Counted from the first letter of the whole stretch, positions 24,259 through 36,381 are shown. The stretch: DNA of 63,004 nucleotides, filler included, from 4 parts of 4 records of this genome joined end to end with filler, not necessarily neighbours in it, one strand, 5' to 3'. Notes: generated from the sequence alone by a model not told the origin. Program-made: numbers and translations.

Positions 24259-27200
24259 TCAATGTGAGATACGGTCTTGCCGGGTTTGGTTGTCCCAGGC
24301 ATTCTACGATAATGTCAAACTAAGCGACACCATGGCGGATGGGTATATGATTGGAGCTTACCTTCAACATGATCACGACTTGTGCCAGGTCGAAGAGTTG
24401 CGTCCATAGAACGGCATTGTCTTTCTCCTGATCAGCGTCCAACTGCTGTTCCAACTTGGAGACCTGTCCACAACATTAGCAAGCGCTCAAGACAAAACTA
24501 CTCCTTGAGTTCAATCACATACGATTCTATTCTTTTTTGCCTTCTTTTTGGATTTCGACCAAAAACAGGTTCGGCAGCATCGTGAAGAACACATGATTAT
24601 AGGAAACAACCAAATGTTGTACCACTTTGCTTTGATTGTTTTTCGGTTAAAGTAGTGTCTATCAGTTTTGTTTGGTTAGAAGCAAATTTCTGGCAAGCAC
24701 TGTGATGCCATTACCTGGAATACGGTGGAGCATACACGCGGTTCTTATTGATGGTACCTCTGCACGAATCAAATAGTATCAACTGCGCCTCCTGCGGGAG
24801 GTCATGCCCAAGATGAGACTTGATGTCAAACAGTGTCACAAACTCCTTCTTGCCAAGCTTGATCGTCAACACAAAGATTATGTCCGCAATCGCATGTCTA
24901 ATCTCGAATTATCAGGATCAGCCTGCCAGACTACCCCAACCACTCACCTTCTCAAGCACAGGTCACTGGTAGATATGCACACGTTTCGAATCTCATCATT
25001 AACCGTGAACAGTCTTGACTTCGAGGCTTTTGCATATCCCTTCACATCTTTTCAGGAAGAGCAATCCACGAAGGTTACCGTTTCACTCACCTCAAGCACA
25101 ATAGCAACGAAGAAATTCATCAACACGACCGAAATGAAAATATTAATAAAGAAAAACAGCAGTGGCGCCAACTGTTGGTTCCCGTAGTAGAGCTCTAACC
25201 AATCCCAATCTCCAAAGGTGATGCGACACACCGAATGAATGGCTCGATCTAATGAACTGAACCAGTATATGGCTATTGATGGTCAACTCTCAGCACTAAC
25301 ACGAGAAGCTATGCCATCAAACTCACTCTCTCCATACAGTCCGTGTGCCATGAGAGCACATGCGAGCGAGACTATACCCATGGTAAACATAAAATGAACG
25401 GTCTGGACAAAAGGGTAAGCAAGATCCGTCACTCCAAACCACATTCTTTCATGTACCTGGCTGAAGACATATTTGATTGTGGTAGTAAGAATCGACAAGA
25501 GTCCACGATGACGCGTGTATTGCAACAACTTTGTGATTGATAGTAATCCTGTCAATGCACCAAAAACAGCCAAAAAGTTTTGCAGTGAATCTGTTATGAC
25601 CATTAGCATAGCGATCACTTTTCATACGAACACCTGGCTTACTTAGATAGCGATACTCTGTTGCGGCGTTAGAGAAGTTTCCATCAACAATCTTTCTGAT
25701 TTCTTCATCCATAGCTGACGGAACACTTTGGTATTTCATTGATAACTGATTGAGCGCAAGATATCCTACCTTCAGTATAGATCAAGAATGTCAACAGGAA
25801 AACATAGTGGGCCAGAGTGTGATAGACCCAGTAGTCAGTTACAAAGTATCTCAAGAAAATAGGGCTAGACGCGGTCAATATTCGAGACTCAAGCAAGACT
25901 TTTCAAAACTCACTTCATCATGATGCCGCGAAGCACATGAAGGACGAATATTGTGAATCCGACGATGAGGTACAACCACAAGACCACCGCAGAGAATATG
26001 TGAAGCGCAGCATCCGATCCTTCATTTGGGTCAAACAGGGCTGTAGTAGCAATCGTGAACTTGGGCTTCCAGAAGCCGCGAACAGTGACCTTAATCAATC
26101 ATGAGCATTTGTTTGGAGGCGGCGAGAAAGATTCGGTACTTACATCGTATTGGATGAAAAGAGACACGGTCATGGGCCGCTCACTGTAGTCGATGCCGTA
26201 AATCTCCAAGAGGACTTCGCGAGTGGCTCGATCATAAAAGTTGCAGCGATATAACATGGTGAAGTAATCTATAATACTGTCAGATACAAAACGGGCTCGC
26301 GTCAGTTCCCAGGAAGGACATACTCTCCCAATTATCAGGATGTGATTGATGAAACACTGCAGTCCATTCTGTTGAATCGTAATGCCAGGCATTCTCATTA
26401 GCTGAAAACGTAGGGCACGCCGTCGCACTGCTCCCGACAATTGTTGTGTCCGTCCAAACTGCATCGGCTTGCCAGTCTGTACACCCAGAGGGGCAGTCGC
26501 CGAAAGGGGTTACAATATCTTCTCCGTGCCCAAGTTCCCTCGCACAAGTCATATTGAAATACTCGGGGACCTGGAGGTCCGATTCGAAGCTGTAGAGCTG
26601 GAGACTGCACGATGTGAGTATTACATTGCCGGCAGCCCAGACCAACGCACCAATCGCTAATATAGCCCCTTCTTTGAATAATTGCCATCCGAGAGATTTG
26701 TACACTGTTCATAAATACTAGTTGTGTCGTTGTATCGGGCGTATATAGTACGGAATACTGGAAAGGCATGTTAGTGCGTTTCCACAGTATCGTTCTCTCA
26801 GTAGTACCTGGCCTGAAACTGACTGGAGGAAGAAGTTGTAGAAGTCTTTCGCTGTCCTGACTTCTTGAGCGCCCCCAAAACCATTGCCACCAGCGACCTG
26901 CGCATGATTAGCAGTGAAACTCACAGCCCGGACACCACCTTACCCAGCAGTTTGTAATGATCTGTGTATACCCAAAGTTGCCACCCATCGCAAACGCTTT
27001 GTCCGTTGAGTTTCCCACGGTGATAAATAGAATCAGGAAAATAATATATACTACATGCCACGGCAGGTTCGCAAGGGAAGAATAATTTGCTTGCACTTCG
27101 TGCAACCTGAAAAAATTCGGCGCGTAAGTCGTTTTGACATTTCCTTCTGGTGCAGACTCACTTTCTCAAGATATGCTGCCGCCGGAATAAGATGGCATTA

Positions 27201-28261
27201 TCTTCCCGCCACATCTTGTACTGCCGCCTTGCCAAGAATGGCCTTGCAAAATAGAGTTAGAATGGGACTCATTCAGAAGACTGCTAGCTTACCTGACGTG
27301 ACGTTGCATTGTCTTTGCAGCACGTAGTTCATCTGGGTCCTTTTTCACAACCTTATCCGCAATCTTGATCGCAGCCTGGGTTACAGCATAGGAGAATGTC
27401 TCAGCGGCAGCCTTCCCTTGAGAATGGAGAGACATCTCCCCCTTCAGCGACTCTGAAAGAATGTCAACAATTTGCTAGTGCGGTCATGAATCGCATCATA
27501 CTCCTCTCCCTTTCAGGATAATTGAACGTGAAGAGATCCTTTGTTCTGGAGGGGATATTAAGCAAAAGTTAAAGTCAACGTCAGAAAACAGCACATACAG
27601 CAACTCGTCGTTTCCACTGCTCGCCTTGATCGGCTTCTCATAAGTGGCCCCACCACCAAGGTCAACAACAGACGCCTGCTTCTTCAAAAACTTTGGTGCG
27701 AATGGAACAGGAGAAGCGGAGGTGCTTGACCTTCGGGCCATGCTAGGAGCGTTCCCGAGAAATCCTATGTCTGGCGTTCTTGGCGGCTGCGAACTTTGTT
27801 CCTGTGCAAGGGAGAGGTTGTTCGCCTCAGCTACTTCTCTGTCAACAGGTGTCAGTGCCACCCATTCCAGCATCTGCATACATACTTTGCAAACGGATCC
27901 TCGTCGGAGTTGTTTGGAATTTCCTCCAAGGGGGGATAGTCACCAGATATGGTTGATACTAGCTTCGGCGTCCCCAATAACTCCACGGTGCCCAACTGCG
28001 ATCCCGCATCCACCTCTGCCTCGGCCTCGGCCTCGACTTCGTTCATCAAGGCATTGAGGGAATCCTCATGATTGTTCTCGTGTCTTCGTAGGACCCCCTC
28101 GGTTACCACATTTTGGGCAATAGGTAGAGATGGTTCCGGGTCCTGCGCAGACGAAGGCGGCGGGCTTTGGCCTTCTGGTGTGGATTGGTTTCGCACGTCA
28201 CCACTGAAACAATCTATTAACAAAAGAACAAACGAAACACTCTGAGAAACAACCTCTCCAT
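24259..28261 (-). CDS. Polycystin/PKD2 (TRP-like) cation channel, intron-rich; ends approximate
   Basis: Long acidic N-terminus, S1 (VVYIIFLILFITV), large extracellular loop, then KLLQY..LSILTTTI, ALMAHGLYG, pore helix CRITFGDWDW, S6 VLMNFFVAIVLE. Confidence 0.65.
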
Positions 28262-28443
28262 CTGAACGGTAGCACTAGTGAGGTTCCACCCGTCGCAACA
28301 AATTCTCACGTGCTGTCCCGCTGTGAAGCACTAATATTAGTATTGGAGCAATGTGCAAACAAAAAGCAGGTGCTGGAGAGACTGCCAGTGAGAGCTGACT
28401 TAGCCAGTTGGAGAGAAGGGGATGTGGGAGAATATTGCATGCG

Positions 28444-28461
28444 CCCCCCCCCCCCCCCCCC
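28444..28461 (+). repeat. Poly-C homopolymer at contig end
   Basis: Run of C directly before the N spacer; likely the cause of the assembly break. Confidence 0.8.
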
Positions 28462-28561
28462 NNNNNNNNNNNNNNNNNNNNNNNNNNNNNNNNNNNNNNN
28501 NNNNNTTAATTAATTAANNNNNNNNNNNNNNNNNNNNNNNNNNNNNNNNNNNNNNNNNNNN
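28462..28561. other. Artificial contig linker (N run with TTAATTAATTAA)
   Basis: 100 nt with central six-frame stop; composition and taxon change across it. Confidence 0.98.
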
Positions 28562-29690
28562 CGGCACCCTTGATGGCGCCCACATGCTGGCCGGTCAGCC
28601 GCTGGGAGCTACGATTGGTTTCGGTACCAAGGCCGATATCATCACTGCCTTCAGTATGGATCTGAATGGTAACGGTATTACTGTTTCCAATGATATCTGG
28701 GATCAGATGAAACCCAACGTCCCGGTCGGCGAAGACGGCAAGCCGGTGCACCCCATCAGTGCTGAAGCGCTCAAACCCGTGGTGGATTCATACAAGGCTG
28801 AGGGCAAGCCTTTCAATATGGGCATGGTCTTCCCGGTATCTACACATAACTATGAACTGCGTTACTGGCTGGCCGCGGGGGGAATTCATCCCGGTTATTA
28901 TGCCCCGCACAAAGGCGATGTCAGCGGTCAGTTACAGGCTGATGCACTGCTTTCTGTGACGCCACCGCCACAAATGCCTTCGACCATGGAGGCCGGAACC
29001 ATTTACGGTTACTGCGTCGGTGAACCATGGAACCAGCAGGCGGTATTCAAAGGGATTGGTGTGCCGGTGATTACCGATTATGAAATCTGGAAAAACAATC
29101 CGGAAAAAGTGTTTGGTGTCAGTAAAAGCTGGGCTGAAGAAAATCCCAACACCCATATCGCGGTGGTCAAAGCATTGATTCGTGCCGCTCACTGGCTGGA
29201 TGAGGACAGTAATGCCAACCGGCCTGAAGCCGTCGAAATCCTGTCACAAAGTCGTTACGTCGGTGCTGATTACGAGGTCATTGCCAACAGTATGACCGGC
29301 ACCTTCGAGTATGAAAAAGGCGACAAGCGAGCAGTGCCTGACTTCAATGTCTTCTTCCGCTATAACGCGACCTATCCATACTACAGTGACGCGGTGTGGT
29401 ATTTGACCCAGATGCGTCGCTGGGGTCAGATTGCCGAGCCCAAACCGGATAGCTGGTATATGGATATCGCCAAGCAGGTCTATCGTCCCGACATTTATGC
29501 GGTGGCAGCCAAGGAGTTGATCGAAGAGGGAAAACTACCAGCATCGGCGTTTCCTGACTTTGAAACAGAAACCGGTTTTAAACCCACACAAACCGAGTTT
29601 ATCGACGAGATCAGCTATGACGGCACCCAGCCTAATGCTTATCTGGAACAGTTCCCGATTGGTCTTAAAGGTGAACAAGTCGTTGAGTAA
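28562..29690 (+). CDS. nrtA: Nitrate/nitrite ABC transporter substrate-binding protein (NrtA/CmpA/NasF), 5' truncated
   Basis: [60 protein letters not shown]. Confidence 0.93.
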
Positions 29691-29706
29691 TACCGGAACC
29701 GCAAGC

Positions 29707-29733
29707 CACCCTGTCTGCCTCGCAGGCAGGGTG
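29707..29733 (+). other. Intergenic stem-loop between nrtA and nrtB (mRNA stabiliser or partial terminator)
   Basis: caccctgtctgc-ctc-gcaggcagggtg, 12-bp stem with one G-U pair. Confidence 0.6.
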
Positions 29734-29762
29734 ATTGTTTCCAACCCAATCAAAGAGTCAAT

Positions 29763-30785
29763 ATGAAAGACAAACTGATTTATTTCCTTGAGTTGACCGG
29801 CTTCAACTGGTTTATCCCCTTGGTCAGACTGACAGCGGGAGAGTCACCCAAACACCAGCTGCAGGCACTGGTCAAAATGGTCGGCGTGCCGTTGTTTGCG
29901 ATCGCTGTGTTTTTATTTTTGTGGCATCTCGGTGCTGCCAAGGTGATTACCAGCCTCGGTCAGGTGCCGGGCCCGGTCCAGGTCTGGGAGCAGGTGACGG
30001 TGCTGGCTGATGAGCACCAGGCCTCGCGTGAACGTGAAGACGCTTTCTATGATCGTCAGGAACAACGCAATGCCGCCAAGCTGGAGAAAAATCCGGATGC
30101 GGAGGTGACGATTCGTTCCTATACCGGAAAGGAAACTTTCTTTGATCAGATCCTGACCAGCTTGTTTACCGTTTTTGTCGGTTTTCTGCTGGCCACTGTG
30201 ATTGCAGTACCGATTGGTATCATGGCCGGGCTATCCGACACGCTTTACTCCGCACTGAACCCGCTGATTCAGATCTTCAAACCGGTGTCACCTCTCGCCT
30301 GGCTGCCGATTGTGACCATGGTGGTCAGTGCGCTGTATGTCACTGACAATCCCGTCTTTGAGAAGTCCTTTATCACCTCTGCACTAACCGTGACACTGTG
30401 CTCACTGTGGCCGACCCTGATTAATACTGCCGTTGGGGTGTCATCGATAGATAAGGATTTGATTAATGTCGCCCGGGTATTGCGCCTGAATTATTTTACA
30501 ACGGTCGTTAAAGTCGTGATCCCGGCTTCGATACCGATGATTTTTACCGGTTTGCGTATTTCACTGGGTATCGGCTGGATGGTGTTGATTGCTGCTGAAA
30601 TGCTGGCACAGAACCCGGGTCTGGGTAAGTTCGTCTGGGATGAGTTCCAGAACGGCAGTTCTTCCTCGCTCAGCCGTATCATGGTCGCAGTACTGACCAT
30701 CGGCATTATCGGTTTCATACTGGATCGCATCACATTGAGCTTCCAGAAATTCTTCTCTTACGACAAAAACGCCGTCATTCGCTAG
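29763..30785 (+). CDS. nrtB: Nitrate ABC transporter permease (NrtB/NasE)
   Basis: PLIQIFKPVSPLAWLPI, WPTLINTAVGV, FTGLRISLGIGWMVLIAAEML. Confidence 0.93.
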   Translation: MKDKLIYFLELTGFNWFIPLVRLTAGESPKHQLQALVKMVGVPLFAIAVFLFLWHLGAAKVITSLGQVPGPVQVWEQVTVLADEHQASREREDAFYDRQEQRNAAKLEKNPDAEVTIRSYTGKETFFDQILTSLFTVFVGFLLATVIAVPIGIMAGLSDTLYSALNPLIQIFKPVSPLAWLPIVTMVVSALYVTDNPVFEKSFITSALTVTLCSLWPTLINTAVGVSSIDKDLINVARVLRLNYFTTVVKVVIPASIPMIFTGLRISLGIGWMVLIAAEMLAQNPGLGKFVWDEFQNGSSSSLSRIMVAVLTIGIIGFILDRITLSFQKFFSYDKNAVIR

Positions 30786-30795
30786 GAGCCAGACA

Positions 30796-31587
30796 ATGGA
30801 TAAATATCTTAATATCGATCATGTCAGTATTGATTTCCCTACGCCCGATGGACCTTTCCGGGCGCTGGATAATGTCAATCTGAAAATTGAAAAAGGTGAG
30901 TTTGTCAGCGTCATCGGTCACTCCGGATGCGGTAAATCCACGGTGATGAATATTGTTGGCGGACTCTATAAAGCCACCGAAGGCGGTGTTGTGCTCGAGG
31001 GCAGAGAGGTCGACGAGCCAGGCCCGGACAGGGCCATTGTGTTCCAGAACCATTCTTTGTTTCCCTGGCTGAGTTGCTACCAGAATGTGGAACTGGCGGT
31101 GAAATCTGTGTTCGGTGCCAGCCGCAGCCGTCAACAAATCCGTGAATGGGTTGAGCATAATCTGGAATTGGTGCAAATGACGCATGCGATGCACAAAATG
31201 CCCTCGGAAATTTCCGGTGGCATGAAACAACGGGTCGGCATCGCCCGGGCTTTGTCGATGGAGCCCAAGGTATTGCTGATGGATGAACCTTTCGGCGCTT
31301 TGGACGCGCTGACCCGGGCTCATCTGCAGGATTCCTTAATGGAGATTCAGGCTGATTTGAATAACACAGTGATTATGATTACTCATGATGTCGATGAGGC
31401 CGTATTGTTATCTGACAAGATTGTGATGATGACCAATGGACCGGCTGCGACTATCGGTGAAGTCATGGAGGTGAAGTTACCACGCCCGAGAAAACGTCTC
31501 GACCTGGCTGATGATCGGGACTACAACCATTACCGATCCGAAGTGATTCATTTCCTTCATCAGCGCCACGCCCGCAAAGTGGCCTGA
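30796..31587 (+). CDS. nrtD: Nitrate ABC transporter ATP-binding protein (NrtC/D, NasD)
   Basis: GHSGCGKST, VFQNHSL, ISGGMKQRVGIARAL, DEPFGALDALTR, THDVDEA; RBS GGAG upstream. Confidence 0.93.
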   Translation: MDKYLNIDHVSIDFPTPDGPFRALDNVNLKIEKGEFVSVIGHSGCGKSTVMNIVGGLYKATEGGVVLEGREVDEPGPDRAIVFQNHSLFPWLSCYQNVELAVKSVFGASRSRQQIREWVEHNLELVQMTHAMHKMPSEISGGMKQRVGIARALSMEPKVLLMDEPFGALDALTRAHLQDSLMEIQADLNNTVIMITHDVDEAVLLSDKIVMMTNGPAATIGEVMEVKLPRPRKRLDLADDRDYNHYRSEVIHFLHQRHARKVA

Positions 31588-31710
31588 TTACAAAACCGGT
31601 GCAGGCTTTTTATTACACAAGTCAGAACTATTGACGATAAATTCACCAGGTCTCAGATATCAATAATGTTAAAGTGTTGTACGCAATCATCTACAAAGGT
31701 CCGGGTTGGA

Positions 31711-32949
31711 ATGACAGAACTTTCCTTCAGCGAGCAAGGTTTCGCCGCCGCTTTCGATAACCTCTCACTGACGTCAGCGTTCCAGCCGATCTTCAGTATT
31801 GCGCATCGCAGACCAGTCGGTTATGAGGGCTTATTGAGGGCCTATGACAGTGACGGGCGCTACATCAGTCCGGTACAGGTGATGCAACGGCCATCCACGA
31901 GTCGTGAACATCTGGAACTGGATCGCACCTGCCGCGCGTTGCATGTCCGTAATTTTGCTCATAGCGGTGAGGCGGAAAACTGGCTGTTTATCAACCTGAA
32001 CTCTCAGTGTCTGGTGACAGAGCGACCTGATGCCGGTTTTATGCGTGATTTGATGAGTCAGACCGGTATTCCTGCCAGACGAATCGTTATCGAAATTCTG
32101 GAAAGCGAGATTGATGACCGCCTCTATCTGAAACAATTGATTCAGCATTTCCGGCAATTGGGCTGTTTGATTGCTATTGATGATTTTGGTGCCGGTCATT
32201 CCAATTTCGATCGGATTTGGGAGTTACAGCCGGATATCGTCAAAATCGATCGCAGTCTGGTCAGGCAGGCGGGGCGGTCACTTAAAGTGGAGCGGATTCT
32301 GACTGGAATCGTCTCGTTGATTCATGAAACCGGCAGCCTGGTAGTAATTGAAGGCGTGGAGACTGAAAAAGAGGCCATGGTCGCCATTTCCAGCAATGCC
32401 GATATGGTGCAAGGTTTTTATTTCGCCAAGCCGGATAAACAGCTGAAACGCGATCGTGACTTTGCGACTAAACTCGACGACCTGCTGCACCGCCAGCATA
32501 ATGTCCGTAGCCAGTACAACCGCAAGCTGCAATCCCATTTCGATGCATTCAAGCATCGTTACAATGCCGAAATCGAAGCGCTGAAACAGCAAACCCCGTT
32601 TGAGCAATGCGGCGCCTCAGTGTTTGAGGATGAAAGGGCAGTGCGTTGCTACTTGCTTAATGAGCAGGGTTTTCAAATTGGCAAAAGCCTGTATTCACCC
32701 AAATATACCGCCAGGCTGGATATTCGTTTCACACCTTTACTGGCCGGAGAAAATGCCAACTGGTCACATCGCCATTATCATTATCGTGCGATACAAAATC
32801 CGGGGGTGACCCAGGTCAGCCGACCTTATCTGTCAGTCGCCGGTTCACATATGTGTGTGACGGTATCACAGGCGGTTCAGGTTGGTGAGGCGAATTATGT
32901 GCTTTGCTGCGATCTGGACTGGCCTGACGAAGATGAGACATCGTTGTAA
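31711..32949 (+). CDS. EAL-domain c-di-GMP phosphodiesterase with C-terminal YkuI_C-like sensor domain
   Basis: FQPIFS..YEGLLR, LFINL, IAIDDFGAGHSNF, VKIDRS, EGVET, QGFYFAKP; C-terminal ANWSHRHYH..SRPYLS. Confidence 0.88.
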   Translation: MTELSFSEQGFAAAFDNLSLTSAFQPIFSIAHRRPVGYEGLLRAYDSDGRYISPVQVMQRPSTSREHLELDRTCRALHVRNFAHSGEAENWLFINLNSQCLVTERPDAGFMRDLMSQTGIPARRIVIEILESEIDDRLYLKQLIQHFRQLGCLIAIDDFGAGHSNFDRIWELQPDIVKIDRSLVRQAGRSLKVERILTGIVSLIHETGSLVVIEGVETEKEAMVAISSNADMVQGFYFAKPDKQLKRDRDFATKLDDLLHRQHNVRSQYNRKLQSHFDAFKHRYNAEIEALKQQTPFEQCGASVFEDERAVRCYLLNEQGFQIGKSLYSPKYTARLDIRFTPLLAGENANWSHRHYHYRAIQNPGVTQVSRPYLSVAGSHMCVTVSQAVQVGEANYVLCCDLDWPDEDETSL

Positions 32950-32958
32950 ATCACAGCC

Positions 32959-33075
32959 CGCACAATCATAGTGCAGGCTGCACCGATTTAGACTTAAATT
33001 AGCTTTTTTAATACCTATTTTTAGCAGCCATCTCATAGTAAAACAAATACTTACAGAACTGGCATGATTCCAGCA
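32959..33075 (+). promoter_or_regulatory. NtrC enhancer, IHF site and sigma54 -24/-12 promoter for the narK unit
   Basis: cGCACaatcataGTGCa (32959-32975, NtrC GCAC-N7-GTGC); aaacaaatactta (33041-33053, one mismatch to WATCAANNNNTTR); tGGcatgattccaGCa (GG 33061-62, GC 33073-74, N10 spacing). Confidence 0.8.
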
Positions 33076-33127
33076 ATTAGAACGCGAACCAATGTTGGTA
33101 ACGTGTTCTAAAGAGAGAACTGAATTC

Positions 33128-34594
33128 ATGTCTAGTCAAAAGCTAAACCTCCTGTCTTTCAGCGGCAACATCCGTACTCTCCATCTAACCTGGATGGCTT
33201 TTTTTATCACCTTTGTGGTCTGGTTTAACCATGCGCCCCTGATGGTTGCAATTCGCGACTCGCTTGGTCTTGATGACCAACAGGTGAAAACGCTGTTGAT
33301 CCTCAATGTGGCACTGACTATTCCGGCGCGCATCGTGGTCGGTATGCTGGTTGATAAATACGGCCCTAAAATCATGTTCAGTATGCTGCTGGGCATTTCC
33401 AGTTTTATCTGCTTCTTTTTCGCTATTGCCGACAGTTTTGAGCAGATGGCTGTAGCCCGCTTTATGCTGGGTTTTGTCGGTGCCGGTTTTGTTATTGGTA
33501 TCCGGATGATTTCCGAGTGGTTTCCGGCCAAACAGGTGGGTCTGGCTGAAGGCATTTATGGTGGCTGGGGTAACTTCGGCTCTGCTGCGGCAGCCATGAG
33601 TTTGCCGACACTGGCTTTGATTTACGGCGGTGATGATGGCTGGCGTTATGCGCTGGCAACGACCGGTGCGGTTGCGCTCATCTACGCGTTTATTTATTAC
33701 AACAGCGTATCGGACACACCTAAAGGCTCGACCTATTTCAAGCCTAAGAAAAACGGTGCGATGGAAGTCACCAGCAAAGGCGATTTCTTCCTTTATATCA
33801 TCATGAGCATTCCTCTCTATGCGGCGTTGGCACTGCTGGCCTGGAAACTGTCTCCAAATGGTGTTGAATTGCTGTCCGGGAACATCACTTATGCCATCTA
33901 TGCGGGTCTGATCGCTTTGTTTGCCTACCAGGTTTATCACATCTATCAGGTCAACAAGGAGGTGTTTACGACCGAAGTGCCAGAGATTCATCGCTACAAA
34001 TTCAAACAGGTGGCCGTGCTCGATCTGGCATATCTCGCTACTTTCGGTTCTGAGCTGGCCGTGGTCTCAATGCTGCCGCTTTATTTCAGTGATACCTTTG
34101 ATATCAGTGCGGTCCAGGCCGGCTTACTGGCGTCTGGTTTTGCCTTTATGAACCTGGTTTCACGGCCGGTGGGTGGTCTGTTCAGTGACAAACTGGGTCG
34201 TAAACGGACACTGACGATTTGCATTACCGGGCTGGCGATTGGTTACGTTGTGCTGGGCATGATTACGCCGGAGTGGTTACTGGTCTTTGCCGTCTTGGCG
34301 ACCATGGCTTGTTCTTTCTTTGTACAGGCCGGTGAGGGTGCCGTGTTTGCCGTTGTGCCGCTGGTCCAGCGCCGACTGACAGGTCAGATTGCAGGGATGG
34401 CCGGTGCCTATGGTAATGTCGGCGCGGTGACTTTCCTCACCGTGCTGTCGTTTGTTTCAGCTCAGACCTTCTTCTTCGTGATTGCTGCGACTGCCGTCGT
34501 GACCCTGATTGCGGTACAGTTTATGGATGAGCCGCGCGGCCAGATGGCGGAAATTCTGCCAGACGGTACTGTGCAAATGATTGACGTCCATTAA
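33128..34594 (+). CDS. narK: NarK/NasA-family nitrate/nitrite MFS transporter
   Basis: [16 protein letters not shown], nitrate signature [48 protein letters not shown] at 33128 after AGAGAG. Confidence 0.93.
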   Translation: MSSQKLNLLSFSGNIRTLHLTWMAFFITFVVWFNHAPLMVAIRDSLGLDDQQVKTLLILNVALTIPARIVVGMLVDKYGPKIMFSMLLGISSFICFFFAIADSFEQMAVARFMLGFVGAGFVIGIRMISEWFPAKQVGLAEGIYGGWGNFGSAAAAMSLPTLALIYGGDDGWRYALATTGAVALIYAFIYYNSVSDTPKGSTYFKPKKNGAMEVTSKGDFFLYIIMSIPLYAALALLAWKLSPNGVELLSGNITYAIYAGLIALFAYQVYHIYQVNKEVFTTEVPEIHRYKFKQVAVLDLAYLATFGSELAVVSMLPLYFSDTFDISAVQAGLLASGFAFMNLVSRPVGGLFSDKLGRKRTLTICITGLAIGYVVLGMITPEWLLVFAVLATMACSFFVQAGEGAVFAVVPLVQRRLTGQIAGMAGAYGNVGAVTFLTVLSFVSAQTFFFVIAATAVVTLIAVQFMDEPRGQMAEILPDGTVQMIDVH

Positions 34595-34605
34595 TAAGGA
34601 CTTCC

Positions 34606-36330
34606 ATGGTAGCCAGGTTAAAGGTCACGGTTGGCCAGTATTCTGATAAAGGGCAAAAAGCTGAAAATCAGGATTCATTAGGCTTTTCCGTGCCCGGCCA
34701 CCCTGCACTGCTCGATACCAAAGGCGTGGCCTGTGCGCTGGCAGATGGTATCAGCAGCAGCGCTGAGGGCAAGCAGGCCAGCCAGGCCTGCGTGACCGGA
34801 TTTATCAGCGATTATTTCAGTACCCCGGATTCCTGGTCTGTGAAGCAATCCGGCGGTAAAGTACTGACCGCCATCAATACCTGGTTGCATGGCCAGAGCA
34901 ATCATTTCAAGGATGCCTCACGGGGGCTTGCCAGTACTTTCAGTGCCATGGTGATCAAATCCATCACAGCGCACCTGTTTCATGTTGGCGACTCGCGTAT
35001 TTATCTTTATCGTGACGGTGAACTGGAGCAGCTGACTACCGATCACCGAATACGGATTGATGAGAACAAGGAATACTTGGGGCGGGCGTTTGGTGTCGAC
35101 TACTGTCTGGATATTGATTACAAGTCGCTGACGGTTGAGGTGGGTGACCGCTTCTTGTTTACTACTGATGGCATCCATGATGTGCTTAGCCATAAGCAGT
35201 TACGTAGTCTGCTCGGTAGCGAAATTCATGATCCGGATACGCTGGCACATCAGCTTTGCGAGCAGGCATTGCAACAGGGTAGCCAGGATAATGTCAGCTG
35301 CCTGATTCTGGATGTGGAACAACTGCCGACGCAGGATCCCAATGAAGTTTTTGCTCAGTTGACGGCACTGCCGTTCCCGCCGGAACTCTACGAAGGTGTC
35401 ATTCTCGATGGCTACCGGATTAGTCGCGAGTTGCATGCCAGTTCCACCAGTCAGCTTTATCTGGCGGTGGATACCGAAACCGGTGAGAAAGTGGTTATAA
35501 AAACACCGTCAGTTAATTTCGAAGATGATCCGGCTTATCTGGAACGTTTCCAACTGGAAGAATGGATTGGCCGCCGTATTGATAGCCCGCATGTGGTCCG
35601 TACCATTGAGCAGAAACGGCCGCGGCGTTTTCTGTATTATGTGCTGGAATACGTTAATGGCAAGACACTGGAACAGTGGTTGGATGATGTCGGCACGTTG
35701 GATTTGAAGTCGGTGCGGGAGCTGGTGCCACAGATTGCTTCCGGCTTACGGGCTTTTCACCGCCTGGATATGCTGCATCAGGATCTCAAACCCGGCAATA
35801 TCATGATCAGTCACGATGGGGTGCTCAAAATCATTGATTTCGGTTCAACCAAAATCGCCGGTATCGCCGATATTTCGACGCCGGTGGAACGGCGGGAGTT
35901 ACTGGGTACCAAGCATTACACGGCACCGGAATATCTCATTGGCAGGCCGGGCTCTACCCAGTCGGATTTGTTCGCGCTGGGCTGTATCGTGTATCAGATG
36001 CTGACCGGCAAACTGCCCTATGGCGACAAACTTGCCAGCGTACGGGAGCAAGCCGGCTTGAACCGGCTCCGCTACCGATCGGTCAGCGAGTCCATCAGTG
36101 ATATTCCCCACTGGGTCGATAAAGCTATTCGCAAGGCCGTGCAGTTATCACCCGAATCACGTTATGAAGCCCTGTCTGAATTGGAAGCGGATCTGGTTAA
36201 ACCGAACCCGGATTATCTGCGTGAGGAACAGCTGCCTTTAATGCAGCGTAACCCGGTGGGTTTCTGGCGGGGACTGGCGCTGTTATTGCTCATCAGTAAC
36301 CTGATTTTGATTTACTTTCTGAGTCGCTGA
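34606..36330 (+). CDS. Bifunctional PP2C-type phosphatase / Ser-Thr protein kinase with C-terminal TM anchor
   Basis: NQD, ADGIS, HVGDSRIY, TTDGI, GSQDNVS (PP2C); VVIK, HQDLKPGN, IDFG, YTAPE, SDLFALG (kinase); hydrophobic C-terminus. Confidence 0.92.
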   Translation: MVARLKVTVGQYSDKGQKAENQDSLGFSVPGHPALLDTKGVACALADGISSSAEGKQASQACVTGFISDYFSTPDSWSVKQSGGKVLTAINTWLHGQSNHFKDASRGLASTFSAMVIKSITAHLFHVGDSRIYLYRDGELEQLTTDHRIRIDENKEYLGRAFGVDYCLDIDYKSLTVEVGDRFLFTTDGIHDVLSHKQLRSLLGSEIHDPDTLAHQLCEQALQQGSQDNVSCLILDVEQLPTQDPNEVFAQLTALPFPPELYEGVILDGYRISRELHASSTSQLYLAVDTETGEKVVIKTPSVNFEDDPAYLERFQLEEWIGRRIDSPHVVRTIEQKRPRRFLYYVLEYVNGKTLEQWLDDVGTLDLKSVRELVPQIASGLRAFHRLDMLHQDLKPGNIMISHDGVLKIIDFGSTKIAGIADISTPVERRELLGTKHYTAPEYLIGRPGSTQSDLFALGCIVYQMLTGKLPYGDKLASVREQAGLNRLRYRSVSESISDIPHWVDKAIRKAVQLSPESRYEALSELEADLVKPNPDYLREEQLPLMQRNPVGFWRGLALLLLISNLILIYFLSR

Positions 36331-36381
36331 TGATGGCTGTAGAATAGTCATTACTTCGTATCAGATAGCTGCCTGCCTTTC

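Noticed and set aside
28506-28517. TTAATTAATTAA palindrome repeated three times in the window
   Set aside because: Embedded in N runs; a synthetic six-frame-stop linker
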